A DNA stretch of 63,792 bases, filler included, from Octopus bimaculoides (Eukaryota), in the NCBI RefSeq assembly GCF_001194135.2. It is 6 parts of 5 records of this genome, joined end to end, with 100 filler letters (N's around TTAATTAATTAA, not from the genome) between each part and the next. Parts side by side here need not be neighbours in the genome. Positions count along the whole stretch, not along the records: positions 29,912 to 54,633 come from NC_068985.1; positions 54,734 to 58,572 come from NC_068981.1; positions 58,673 to 62,598 come from NC_068997.1; positions 62,699 to 63,792 come from NC_068985.1; 2 more parts are not named here. The stretch is one strand, 5' to 3'. The notes under the pieces are model-generated. The model had not been told where the DNA came from. It worked only from the letters and a program-made list of their open reading frames with translations, and searched no databases. Position numbers and translations under genes: made by a program. The number at the start of each line of letters is the position of its first letter. Position 1 is the first letter of the stretch. Shown piece by piece: positions 51,919 through 63,792 of this stretch.

Positions 51919-53339
51919 CATACATACATACACACATACATACATACATACATACATACATACATACATACATACATACGTATGTGTAATGTTTTATAAC
52001 ATAACGCAAGCTAAGATGGATGACTTAAAAGGTATACGTATGCACACATGTGTGTGTGTATGTATATACATACATCAATGTATACATACATGAGCATTAT
52101 ATATTCCTGATAAAAAGGAGGCTGTATACTTATTTGTAGGATTAGGGAAGCAATGACATTGTTACTAAATTCCTATTCATATAAGTACATTATAGNNNNN
52201 NNNNNNNNNNNNNNNNNNNNNNNNNNNNNNNNNNNNNNNNNNNNNNNNNNNNNNNNNNNNNNNNNNNNNNNNNNNNNNNNNNNNNNNNNNNNNNNNNNNN
52301 NNNNNNNNNNNNNNNNNNNNNNNNNNNNNNNNNNNNNNNNNNNNNNNNNNNNNNNNNNNNNNNNNNNNNNNNNNNNNNNNNNNNNNNNNNNNNNNNNNNN
52401 NNNNNNNNNNNNNNNNNNNNNNNNNNNNNNNNNNNNNNNNNNNNNNNNNNNNNNNNNNNNNNNATATACATACATACATAATACATACATACATACACAC
52501 ATACATATATGCATACATACATAATACATACATACATACATACATACACACATACATACATACATACATACATACATACATACATACATACATACATACA
52601 TGCATACATACATACATGTAAGTACCTGTAAAGTAGTCGTCAAATATATGACATGAGCTGTCATATATTTATGGAACATTTTGAAACTTCGATTTAAAAA
52701 AAAACATTCGAAAACGTAACTTTTCTGTACTTTTCACTTTTTAAACAGCATTTTTAAAATTTTGACAGTATTTTTTTTTTTGTTTTGTTTTCTGAACTTT
52801 TAAACAGTGTTTCCAATTTTACACATTTCAAAAACTGTTCTCCTACATTAAAGACAGAATTTAGAGTCGCAGAACAGGCAAATTCAGTAGGGTGTTGGTC
52901 TGACGGCTAAAAAGTGTACGTACGGGAGAGACATTGTGTCCGTTGTTTTAACTCTTTATACTGTTTATGTCCCTTAAATTTCGCTTACTCAGAGATACTA
53001 ACTGTAGCAACTATAAATAGATTTAGCCCTGATGAGTCAGACCTATGATCAACGGCAATGAAACTGGGACCATCCAGTTGTTTATTTCTTTAGAAGAAGA
53101 ACCTAGAAACCGAGACTCTACTCCCTAGAGAAAAGATGCTAAAGATATGCAGTGATATGCATACGGAAGATCTTGGAAGTCTAAGGTAGGGAAGCTATTC
53201 TGTCTGAAAAGAAGGTACGATTGCTATGGCTGGAACGTCTGTCAACGTTTTTTAGAGATGAGGCCAAAGACGGAACCCTTATGTGTCTTCTTGATTTGCA
53301 AGAAATATCTTGCAACCAAATCTCCTTCAAATCGCTACT

Positions 53340-53560
53340 CCTCAAATTTGGTATAGGACGCTATAGCAACCACCGAACTGGACACCACAACATAGTACCT
53401 GAGATCCCGGCCTTTCCGGCTAGAATGAAGAGCCGGTACTCTAACAGCTTAGGTTTCAAGGGCTCACAACTTTTCAACATTCTTACTAATCCAAACAACC
53501 CTTGAGATCTGCGAGGTATAAATGTAGATGTGTAGTTAATGAGACCTCCTCCTTCCTAAA
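53340..53560 (+). mobile_element. CR1/L2-group LINE 3' fragment
   Basis: NHRTGHHNIVPEIPAFPARMKSRYSNSLGFKGSQLFNIL resembles the C-terminal motif (G..C.VP......NSL..RGP.LFN.LP) of these LINEs. Confidence 0.6.
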
Positions 53561-53663
53561 TTCAGGAGTGGCGATTTGAAAGAGAATTGGTTGGTATTTC
53601 TTGCAAAGCAAACACATAGGTGTCCCATCATTAGTCGTATCTGTAAAAAATGTTGACAGACGT

Positions 53664-53849
53664 AGGAGTGGCTATGTGGTAAGTAGCTTGCTCACGAACC
53701 ACATGGTTCCGGGTTCAGTCCCACTGCGTGGCACCTTGGGCAAATGTCTTCCACTATAGCCTCGGGCCAACCAAAGCCTTGTGAGTGGATTTGGTAGACG
53801 GAAACTGAAAGAAACCCGTCGTACATATGTATATATATCTATGTGTTTA

Positions 53850-53910
<61 letters not shown>

Positions 53911-54105
53911 AAACATCGCTTGACAACCGATGCTGGTGTGTTTACGTCCCCGTAACTTAGCGGTTCGGCAAAAGAGATCGATAGAATAAGTACTAGGCTT
54001 ACAAAGAATAAGTCCTGGGGTCAATTTGCTCAACTAAAAGGTGGTCCTCCAGCATGGCCACATTCAAATGACTGAAACAAGTAAAAGAGTAAAAGAGTAA
54101 AAGAG
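53664..54105 (+). mobile_element. SINE A full-length, young copy
   Basis: A-box gtggctatgtgg, B-box gggttcagtccc, internal TA/TG tract, tail (gtaaaaga)x3. Confidence 0.92.
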
Positions 54106-54484
54106 ACGTTCCAGCCGTAGCCATCTTGTCATTAATACACACAGAATAGCTTCCTCACCTTCGACTCCGTTTATTTAAATGAATCTTTCCATAGTTCCCT
54201 AGGCTTTGAAGGATCTCTCTAGTTACCAAATTTCGAGCAAATTTTGAATTCAGTTCATACTTCCACAGTACTTTCACTGCGGCCTATTGTTCTTCGAACT
54301 CTATGTTCATTGCATGCAGATACGATCGTTAATTACATATATGTTGTACTAAAGCATGGGTATATATTGAAATGTATATATGCATGTATCTGCGCGCGCG
54401 CGCGTACATATGTAACTACATGTGGATTGTTGGCGACATTTTTTTCCTCCGTCTTCCTTTTCTTTTGGACTTTCCGCTGTCTCC

Positions 54485-54521
54485 TGTTTATGAAGAAGAG
54501 CTTTGCTCGAAATGTAAAACA
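54485..54521 (+). ncRNA. Degenerate minimal hammerhead motif (relative of 15555-15591)
   Basis: TGTTT ATGAAGA A GAGC ttt GCTC GAA ATGT A AAACA. C3 and C15.2 are mutated; stems I and II are intact. Confidence 0.6.
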
Positions 54522-54733
54522 CCCTTTCCTTCCTTCCTTGAGTGTCTTTTCATACTTTGTATGAAGCACATCTTGGCGTTGTTGTCCTTTTCTTGTGTTT
54601 TTGCTGGTTTTTTTCATTTATTAATTTTATATANNNNNNNNNNNNNNNNNNNNNNNNNNNNNNNNNNNNNNNNNNNNTTAATTAATTAANNNNNNNNNNN
54701 NNNNNNNNNNNNNNNNNNNNNNNNNNNNNNNNN

Positions 54734-54782
<49 letters not shown>

Positions 54783-54974
54783 CATACGCGCACACGCACA
54801 CACATACACACACACATATATATATACACACATTAACAACTATATAATAACATGTCATAAAAAATATACTCCGATTACATATATGTATGTGTATATATAT
54901 GTTTATATATATATATACACACACGCACACATGTATGGATCTATATAATTGAAGAAATTGAAGTCAATAAGGAG

Positions 54975-55165
54975 TACAGTTGGATAGTTACTTTTTAATC
55001 ACCAGAATTGTTTCCACAAAACGTAGTTCTTCAAAAGTATTGGTATTTGATTATGCAACTGTTTGTTTGCATAATGAGACCTAGTTGTGTTTACTCAAGT
55101 GATATTCTACCGTTGCCTCTGCTAGTTTAAAATCTTCGAGTTCAAGGCCATCCTATGCGTCCATC
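54975..55165. repeat. Unclassified dispersed repeat, second copy at 63590-63792
   Basis: gtacagttg...ttttaatca...aattgtttccac..aacgtagttct...tgattatgcaa...ctagttgtgttt..tca shared between the two copies. Confidence 0.7.
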
Positions 55166-55706
55166 CTGTTTTACATTTACCAGCAGCTGGTAGGGTCATG
55201 TTATTGACTGCCAGATTACATCCGCCAAACGCACTCTGCTAGTAAACCACGAAATAGGGAGTAGTAATAGAGTAGACAACTGACGAATGAGTTATCTTCT
55301 TTTGGTATTTTGTCCTGTACTTATCACTCGTGCGCTCACGTATTTTCCACGGTGTTGCAGAAGCGTATGCAGCACGTGTCCTACAGCAGTACTATGCATA
55401 GCTTGAATACTGAGATTGAAAGGCAGGAGCGAATCTTGCCTATCTAATATACAAAAAAATAAAATATTTTGCATTTTATGCATAGTAATCAGAGTAACCT
55501 TCATAATTTTATTGAATTTGGTGTATATTTTGCCATAAAAAGAAAATGTTGCTAACGATCTATTTTATTCAAGGTAGGTACTGCCTACCTTGCCTAACTA
55601 GGCGGCTGAAGTAAAGACAGCATGTTGTTTGTCTATCTCCTTACCTTCTTGGTGATTTTAGATAAAATTATACTAATGTGTCCATCTGTTTTAATTTAAT
55701 TAAATT

Positions 55707-55833
55707 CTATGTCTTGATGCAGCTGAGGATTGTTCTTCATTTAAATTGATGAAATGACTGCATTGTTCAATTAAATGGAGTTGCTTGAAACGATCGTACT
55801 GCATTACCTCTGGATATCCTTGTTGCTTATTTT
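55707..55833. mobile_element. Partial copy of the 592-791 hairpin element
   Basis: attgttcaattaaatggagttgcttgaaacgatcgtactgcattacctctggatatcc plus part of the spacer. Confidence 0.8.
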
Positions 55834-56773
55834 GATATATATATNNNNNNNNNNNNNNNNNNNNNNNNNNNNNNNNNNNNNNNNNNNNNNNNNNNNNNNN
55901 NNNNNNNNNNNNNNNNNNNNNNNNNNNNNNNNNNNNNNNNNNNNNNNNNNNNNNNNNNNNNNNNNNNNNNNNNNNNNNNNNNNNNNNNNNNNNNNNNNNN
56001 NNNNNNNNNNNNNNNNNNNNNNNNNNNNNNNNNNNNNNNNNNNNNNNNNNNNNNNNNNNNNNNNNNNNNNNNNNNNNNNNNNNNNNNNNNNNNNNNNNNN
56101 NNNNNNNNNNNNNNNNNNNNNNNNNNNNNNNNNNNNNNNNNNNNNNNNNNNNNNNNNNNNNNNNNNNNNNNNNNNNNNNNNNNNNNNNNNNNNNNNNNNN
56201 NNNNNNNNNNNNNNNNNNNNNNNNNNNNNNNNNNNNNNNNNNNNNNNNNNNNNNNNNNNNNNNNNNNNNNNNNNNNNNNNNNNNNNNNNNNNNNNNNNNN
56301 NNNNNNNNNNNNNNNNNNNNNNNNNNNNNNNNNNNNNNNNNNNNNNNNNNNNNNNNNNNNNNNNNNNNNNNNNNNNNNNNNNNNNNNNNNNNNNNNNNNN
56401 NNNNNNNNNNNNNNNNNNNNNNNNNNNNNNNNNNNNNNNNNNNNNNNNNNNNNNNNNNNNNNNNNNNNNNNNNNNNNNNNNNNNNNNNNNNNNNNNNNNN
56501 NNNNNNNNNNNNNNNNNNNNNNNNNNNNNNNNNNNNNNNNNNNNNNNNNNNNNNNNNNNNNNNNNNNNNNNNNNNNNNNNNNNNNNNNNNNNNNNNNNNN
56601 NNNNNNNNNNNNNNNNNNNNNNNNNNNNNNNNNNNNNNNNNNNNNNNNNNNNNNNNNNNNNNNNNNNNNNNNNNNNNNNNNNNNNNNNNNNNNNNNNNNN
56701 NNNNNNNNNNNNNNNNNNNNNNNNNNNNNNNNNNNNNNNNNNNNNNNNNNNNNNNNNNNNNNNNNNNNNNNNN

Positions 56774-56804
<31 letters not shown>

Positions 56805-57299
56805 TATGTATACGCACACACACACACAAACATAGAGGGAGGGAAGGGAGAGAGAAAAGTAGTTACATATGTTAAAGATATATATACATAGCTATATACA
56901 TGCATATATATTTACATATATACGTACATACATTAATGCGTACATATATATGCCAACCAGCACACACACACACACATATATACATGTACATGCACACGCA
57001 TATTGTGTTATTGAGATTAATAATAATGTATATATACATATTTGACTGTGTATGGCTGAGTTTGCTTGCGCTAGTGTCTTTCTGCTCCCGCTTGTCAGCA
57101 ATAGGGCTTTGGTTTGGACGAGGAGTCTCCAGTGACGTGGGCACACGCCTTGTTAATTTATTTATGACACATCGATCTATTTATCATTTTCCGATATGCC
57201 TCGGAATATGTATATATGTGTTTCTGTTAGCGTGTGTGTGTCTTCGTATGAGCATGTACGTATGTATGTGTTGCGCTTTGCTTTGTGTTTTTTTGCGCG

Positions 57300-57348
<49 letters not shown>

Positions 57349-57359
57349 ACACACACCAC

Positions 57360-57404
<45 letters not shown>

Positions 57405-57838
57405 GATAGACGATAAGTAGCCTTCTTTATTTCTGTCAATATATATTGTGTACCTACTGACACAAAAGCATATGTGTGTTTGAGTTTGTGTGTGTATGTG
57501 AGTTCCTATTTATGAGAGAGAGTGGGAGAGTTTGTGGTCTATATAAACACACGTTAGAATTTGAATACACATTTACCTCCCTTTTATATATGAGTTGCTG
57601 ACGTTTGCCAAAAAAAAAAGAAGTTCTTTATATTTTTTCAGCAACTTAGAGGAAATTTTCATCTCACCTCATCAAGGATGTTTGTGTAAGACGTTCTCTT
57701 TTCTTTTTATGTTAGTAAATTTTCTGCTAATTATTTTTCTCTTCCACTAACTGGGAAATTTCGGTTTATTGAGAATATTTTGCGTTTGTCCATCAGCAGA
57801 CAAAATCAATATATATATATATATATATATATAGATAG

Positions 57839-57923
<85 letters not shown>

Positions 57924-58529
57924 GATGTGTATGTATGTGTGTATCATAAACTTTACAAGGAAAAAGTTGACAGTGCCATCGAAGTTTTCGCTTGCTCACC
58001 CGTCAGATTTTCTATTTGCATGTTTTGCGTTTTCGTTGGGATTATGTAAGCGTTTAATGGCTATGGATTCTCGATCTAGTGATGTATCTCAGAAGATGGC
58101 ATTAGGTAAATTAGTACCTATAGATATTTTTAGGCTTAGATTATTAAATGTTGATAATATAGAGAATATCGCTATGATGTGGAACTGCTAAACTATGATC
58201 TCAGTAAGGTGGATAACTTGGTTGGGGAAATCTGTATTTCGTGATATCTACTATATACAAACTAGTCAATTCACACTTTTTGACAACGTCTTATGCTCCG
58301 ATCGAGATGGTGAATAGGTCATTTGGTTTAGATTATGCTCCTGCACAGACACATGCACATACACGCACGCACGCACACACACACACTCACACGCACACAC
58401 ACAACACATATACACTCACACACGCACGCAAAAACACGCATACTCACTCATAAACAAACGCACTCACGTTCACACAGATATATATGTATGCATATACACA
58501 CACACTTATACACATATACATATATACAT

Positions 58530-58572
<43 letters not shown>

Positions 58573-58674
58573 NNNNNNNNNNNNNNNNNNNNNNNNNNNN
58601 NNNNNNNNNNNNNNNNTTAATTAATTAANNNNNNNNNNNNNNNNNNNNNNNNNNNNNNNNNNNNNNNNNNNNGA

Positions 58675-59529
58675 TCATCATCATCATCATCATTATAATT
58701 ATCATCATCATCATTATCAACATCATCATCATCATCTCCTTTGCTGTTGGGATCATCTACACAATACCATCACCACCACCACTACCATTAACACTAATGC
58801 CATCGACATAACGTCATGGCTTCTGGCTTTTACCATCATCATCATCATCATTGTCATCATCATCATCGTCATCATCATCATCATTGACTATCATCACCAC
58901 TACCATCACCATCACTAACCACCATGATAACTACCACTACCACCACCACCACCACTGTTTTTATACTACTATACTGTCGTGGTTTTAATCACCACCACCA
59001 CCACTATCACCATCATCACCACCACCACCACCACCATCGCTATTATCACCTCCACTCCCCACTATTCATCAAACTCAGTAGTGTTCTACCCCACCCCCTG
59101 GTCGCTGCCAGTCTCCTACCTACCTACCTACCTCCCTACCCACCCACCTATCTAACTCCTCCAGTGAGGCTCACACCGACGCAAGCGTCACAATCACCAT
59201 CACCACCATTANNNNNNNNNNNNNNNNNNNNNNNNNNNNNNNNNNNNNNNNNNNNNNNNNNNNNNNNNNNNNNNNNNNNNNNNNNNNNNNNNNNNNNNNN
59301 NNNNNNNNNNNNNNNNNNNNNNNNNNNNNNNNNNNNNNNNNNNNNNNNNNNNNNNNNNNNNNNNNNNNNNNNNNNNNNNNNNNNNNNNNNNNNNNNNNNN
59401 NNNNNNNNNNNNNNNNATATTCCCCGTCCTTCATCCCCACCCCCACCTGACCGCCACCGTTATCGTTTTTAAGCGTGACAGCTTCCCTTGTCACCGTTGT
59501 GGTGCCTCACCGTTCAATAGTGTGCCGCT

Positions 59530-59583
<54 letters not shown>

Positions 59584-60030
59584 ACACCGGTATTGTCTTT
59601 TACCTTGCATCGATACTAAACACCGCCACTACCACCATTGCATCAGCGCCATCATCATCACCATCGCCACCTCCACCATCATCAGTCTCCTCAACACCAT
59701 CGCCGCACTAATATAACATCCACCGTTACCACCACTGTCACCTTCACCACCTCCACCATTGTTACTATCACCAGTGCCACCATCGCTGCCTCAGCACCAT
59801 ACCACCATGCTACTTGTACAACACCAACACTACAACCATTGTCGTACCATCACTGCCTTCATACTACCACTGTCATACCATTATTACTACCATGCACTCA
59901 ACACCACCACCACCATTATCACCATCATCACCATCCTTACCTCTACACTACCACCACCACAACCACTCTAATATCACTGCTAGGAATCCAACACCAGTGT
60001 TACATCACCTCCATCACAACCACTGCCCCA
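58675..60030. repeat. Long degenerate (ATC)n/(ACC)n trinucleotide region
   Basis: Direct reading; explains the His/Thr/Ser-rich pseudo-ORFs. Confidence 0.9.
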
Positions 60031-60070
60031 CCATGAATGCCCTGAACCACTCGCGCCAGAACTTCTAAAT

Positions 60071-60230
60071 CAGTGGTTCTCATCCATTTTCGGTTTTTTT
60101 TTTTTTTACCTGGGGCCCCCTTTGATTTCTGTTTTACCCCATAGCCATTCATTGTTTATAAAAACACCATACTTCATTTTTATACTTAAATATTATTAAG
60201 AATTGTATTTAAAACATTGTTAAAATATGT
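60071..60230 (+). mobile_element. hAT-like terminal fragment
   Basis: Starts CAGTGGTTCTCA after ttctaaat; the opposite end was not found. Confidence 0.45.
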
Positions 60231-60324
60231 TGTGTATTGTACAATTATAACCTATTTAGTAAGATCTCCTTACGTAGAAATTCTATTGCATGTTAGTGGA
60301 ATATCGCTGAGGCAAGTGCATAAG

Positions 60325-60930
60325 TTTAAGCACTTCGGGGCCCATATTCACTAGTAGTGCGAAGCAGGAGGCCGAATTAGATGCCAGAATTGCAGGTGCT
60401 GACATAGTAAAGCACCAGCTTCGGTATTCGATCCTTGGAAGAGGTGAGATTGATTAAGAAAAGAAAAGAAGCCCAAACTTAGCGTCTTCGATTCGGTTTT
60501 CATGTCTGTCCTCACCTGTGGTCATCAATGTTGAGTAAAGACCGAAATAATACGATCGTGAATAGAGTTAGGGTTAGCGGCCAAAATGGAATCACCCAGA
60601 AAGATCTCTGCGGTGACGTTACTTGACAGAATGTGTAGTTCCGAGGTCAAGGAGTCCCTCTTAGTTGAGTCGCTATTTTTCCGCATTGAGAGGCCATAGG
60701 TTCGGTACTAGGGCTATGTGATTTGAATGTCTCTCATAGAAGAATCGCAAAACGGTTTATTCAAGCTGAGCCATGCAAGAGAAGACCTAGTAGGTACACC
60801 AAGAACAAGATGGTTGCATAATATCCATTCGTCACAGCTTGTCATGCTTTGGGAATCCTGACGGAAGGTGTCTAAGGACGCTACCCTCACAGCCACCTCA
60901 GCAATGGTAGGCAGAAAAATTGGTTGAGGA
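60325..60930 (+). mobile_element. RTE-clade LINE 3' fragment (Expander/Rex3-like)
   Basis: FKHFG/PIFTSSAKQEAELDARIAGA...KLSVFDSVFMSVLTCGHQC*VKTEIIRS*I...LLDRMCSSEVKESLLVESLFFRIER matches the RTE RT C-terminus. Confidence 0.85.
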
Positions 60931-60999
60931 TATACGTGTATAGGTACGGATGGATAGGTGGATTTCCTTTATACTGTAGGACTAACCCCTGAGGAAAGG

Positions 61000-61152
61000 G
61001 GTTAGTCCAATTCATCGATTCCTGTACTTCATAGATACTTTATTTTATCGACCCCGAAAGGATGAATCGACCTCGGGGGAATTTGAACGCAGAACGATGA
61101 AATGTCGTTAAGCCTTTTACTCGGCGTGCTAACGATTCTGCCAACTCGTCTT
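61000..61152 (-). mobile_element. SINE B fragment
   Basis: ttatcgaccccgaaaggatgaa...aatttgaacgcagaacg...gctaacgattctgccaactc. Confidence 0.8.
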
Positions 61153-61179
61153 TTCTTGATTTGTGTGTGTGTTTTGGGC

Positions 61180-61421
61180 CAGAGCTCCGCAGCCTTTTTT
61201 TCACTTGCGGCACACTTATGTTCTTTTCAAAATTCGGCGGCACACTTATATTCTTTTCAAAATTCGGCGGCACAGTTGAACTAAAAATATAACTAAAAGT
61301 ATAGAGGGAAAAAAAATTATATTCAGGTTACACTGAGGCACATCTAGCATCGTTTCGTGGCACACCTAGCATCGTTTTGTGGCACACCAGTGTTCCACGG
61401 CATATCAGTTGTCGAGCACTG
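61180..61421. mobile_element. hAT (Charlie-like) MITE with internal 30-bp and 22-bp tandem repeats
   Basis: Ends CAGAGCTC... and ...GAGCACTG; 8-bp flanks ttttgggc/ttttagac (decayed TSD); GGCACA-cored repeats. Confidence 0.75.
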
Positions 61422-61547
61422 TTTTAGACTCAGCTAATATACATATACGATAGATGGGCGGAGGGAGATGATCGATGTATTAATTGCATTATTACTTTCG
61501 GTAGAGGAGTAGAGACTGAAACCGGACGTGACTACATGCTAGATCGA

Positions 61548-61564
61548 AACTGAAAGAAGCCCGT

Positions 61565-61647
<83 letters not shown>

Positions 61648-61864
61648 CTATCTTTGTTCCCCTACCCAGCCCACCGCTTGACAACTAGTGTTGGTATGTC
61701 TCCGTCTGAGTAGCCTGGCGGTACGGCAAAAGAGTTCATTAGAATAAGTACTAGCCTCAAAAGAAAGAAGAAAAAAAGGTCCTGAGGTCGATGTGTTCAA
61801 CTAAAACCCTTCATGGCGGTGCTCTAGTATGGCCGCAGTCAAATAACTGGAACAAATAAAAGAG
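61548..61864 (+). mobile_element. 5'-truncated SINE A with internal (TA)n
   Basis: aaactgaaagaagcccgtcg, (TA)n, 3' half and tail. Confidence 0.85.
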
Positions 61865-62448
61865 TGTCCCGTTAACGTTCGGATAAGACGCCATCACAAA
61901 CGGAAGCCGTCATTTTAACGAATATTATTTATGAAGAGAAAAATAGAAGAAAAGATATAAAATCGATATTTTATTATTTATTTTCATTTTTTTTCTCTTT
62001 TCCTCCACTGTAATTTCTGTTGATTAGGTAATTGATGAGTTTTTACTCGTTGCTATTCTTGAGGTCTGCTGTACATGTGTGTCTAGGTATGCGCTTGTGT
62101 ATGTATGTATATGGGTATACATATGCTAGTATGCATGTATGTGCGTGTAGTACGTCTTTTTTTACGTAGGTGTATGTGCGTGTATAAATATGCATGTGTA
62201 CATATACAGAGATACATACATACATATATACATGTTTATATGTGTACATTATATATATAATGTATATGTGTACATGTATACATTATATGAATATATGCAT
62301 ATATACGTACATGTATGTACATACCTACATCTACATGTATATATAGATGCATATCTGGGTACAGGACGTTGCAAAAAAACGTGGACAAAATAATAAACAG
62401 AGTACAGAAAACACACAGGCCACATATATATATCATGTATATGTGTAC

Positions 62449-62488
<40 letters not shown>

Positions 62489-62517
62489 CACACACATATA
62501 TATATATATACACACAC

Positions 62518-62548
<31 letters not shown>

Positions 62549-62567
62549 TATATATACATATATATAC

Positions 62568-62598
<31 letters not shown>

Positions 62599-62698
62599 NN
62601 NNNNNNNNNNNNNNNNNNNNNNNNNNNNNNNNNNNNNNNNNNTTAATTAATTAANNNNNNNNNNNNNNNNNNNNNNNNNNNNNNNNNNNNNNNNNNNN

Positions 62699-62743
<45 letters not shown>

Positions 62744-63112
62744 CATGTATATGTATACATATATGTCTGTAAGTATAAATGAATGAATGTATAAACATAT
62801 AAATTTTATGATAATTATATACATAATTATAACAAGGGATTGGCATTATACCTCTCCTGGCGCTGAAAATAGACGCCAAATCACGCCAACATCACCTTAA
62901 AAAGTATAAAAAAAACACAGGCTGTAGTCGAGTAAAAGAAAGATAATGAATTATACTTTTCGTTAAACGTGTACAAGATCTCGTTCCAAGCTTAAGGTAA
63001 ATAATTATACCTACTGTTATCTTAAGCACCGTTATTCCGTTACATAAATTTACAAGTATTTACACATGCATATACGATGCTTTCTGCAGTAGAAAGATAG
63101 ATAGATACATAC

Positions 63113-63185
<73 letters not shown>

Positions 63186-63186
<1 letters not shown>

Positions 63187-63565
63187 TCTTTTACTCTTTT
63201 ACTTGTTTCAGCCATTTGACTGTGGCCATGCTGGAGCACCGCCTTTTAGTCGAGTAAATCGATCCCAGGACTTATTCTTTGTAACCCTAGTACTTATTCT
63301 ATCGGTCTCTTGTGCCGAACCGCTAAGTTACGGGGACGTAAACACACCAGCATCGGTTGTCAAGCGATATTGGAGGAACAAACACGGACAAACATATACA
63401 CACATGCATGTATATATACATATATATACAACGGGCTTCTTTCAGTTCCCGTCTACCAAATCCACTCACAAGGCTTTGGTCGGTCTGACACTTGCCTAAG
63501 GTGCCACGTAGTGGGACTGAACCCAGAACCATGTGGTTCGTCAGCAAGCTACTTACCACACAGCC
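63186..63565 (-). mobile_element. SINE A full-length
   Basis: Reverse complement of 53664-54105, with a small internal deletion. Confidence 0.9.
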
Positions 63566-63792
63566 GAAAAAATTGGAGTCAACAAGAAGGGGTACAGTTG
63601 AGCATTTATTTTTTTAATCACTACAATTGTTTCCACGCAACGTAGTTCTCCAGGTGTGCAGGTACTTGATTATGCAAGTGTTTCCCTGCATTATGAAATC
63701 TAGTTGTGTTTCCTCAGGTAATATATAAATATTTTCCCTGTAAGTTTAAAATCCTCGGCTTCAAGAACATCTCTGTCTGTCGTGGCCTCTCT

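Noticed and set aside
53027-53082. CTGATGAG...GAAACTGG-gaccat-CCAGTT hammerhead-like motif
   Set aside because: Stem III fits, but stem II has only 2 weak pairs and stem I only 1. The middle resembles a common repeat tail.
53680-53740. tRNA genes
   Set aside because: A/B boxes are followed by SINE bodies and no complete cloverleaf is evident. These are SINE heads.
61207-61290. CRISPR-like array
   Set aside because: Repeats are contiguous with no unique spacers, lie inside a hAT MITE, and the context is eukaryotic with no cas genes.

Overview
Eukaryotic, repeat-saturated, mostly non-coding DNA with about 8.5-9 kb of N gaps. The SINE families and microsatellite load resemble an octopus genome (inference from recalled repeat consensus, not a database search). 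No complete protein-coding gene is visible, and nearly all long ORFs in the track come from microsatellites or N runs. Supported content: many tRNA-derived SINEs of at least three families; decayed DNA transposons (Tc1 with DD36E spacing, maT-like, mariner, hAT MITE, Helentron-type HINE); LINE fragments (R4/Dong-like RLE, RTE, CR1/L2-like, an ORF1-only L1/Tx1-like element); a Penelope-like RT fragment; and several fold-back hairpins. The most notable signal is five minimal type I hammerhead ribozyme motifs, most with a palindromic stem III (dimer-type, as in Penelope-like elements), two of which share a non-canonical CCGANGA core. A few short candidate exons (a phase-compatible minus-strand pair and a 6-nt plus-strand microexon) suggest the window is largely intronic, but they are low to moderate confidence.
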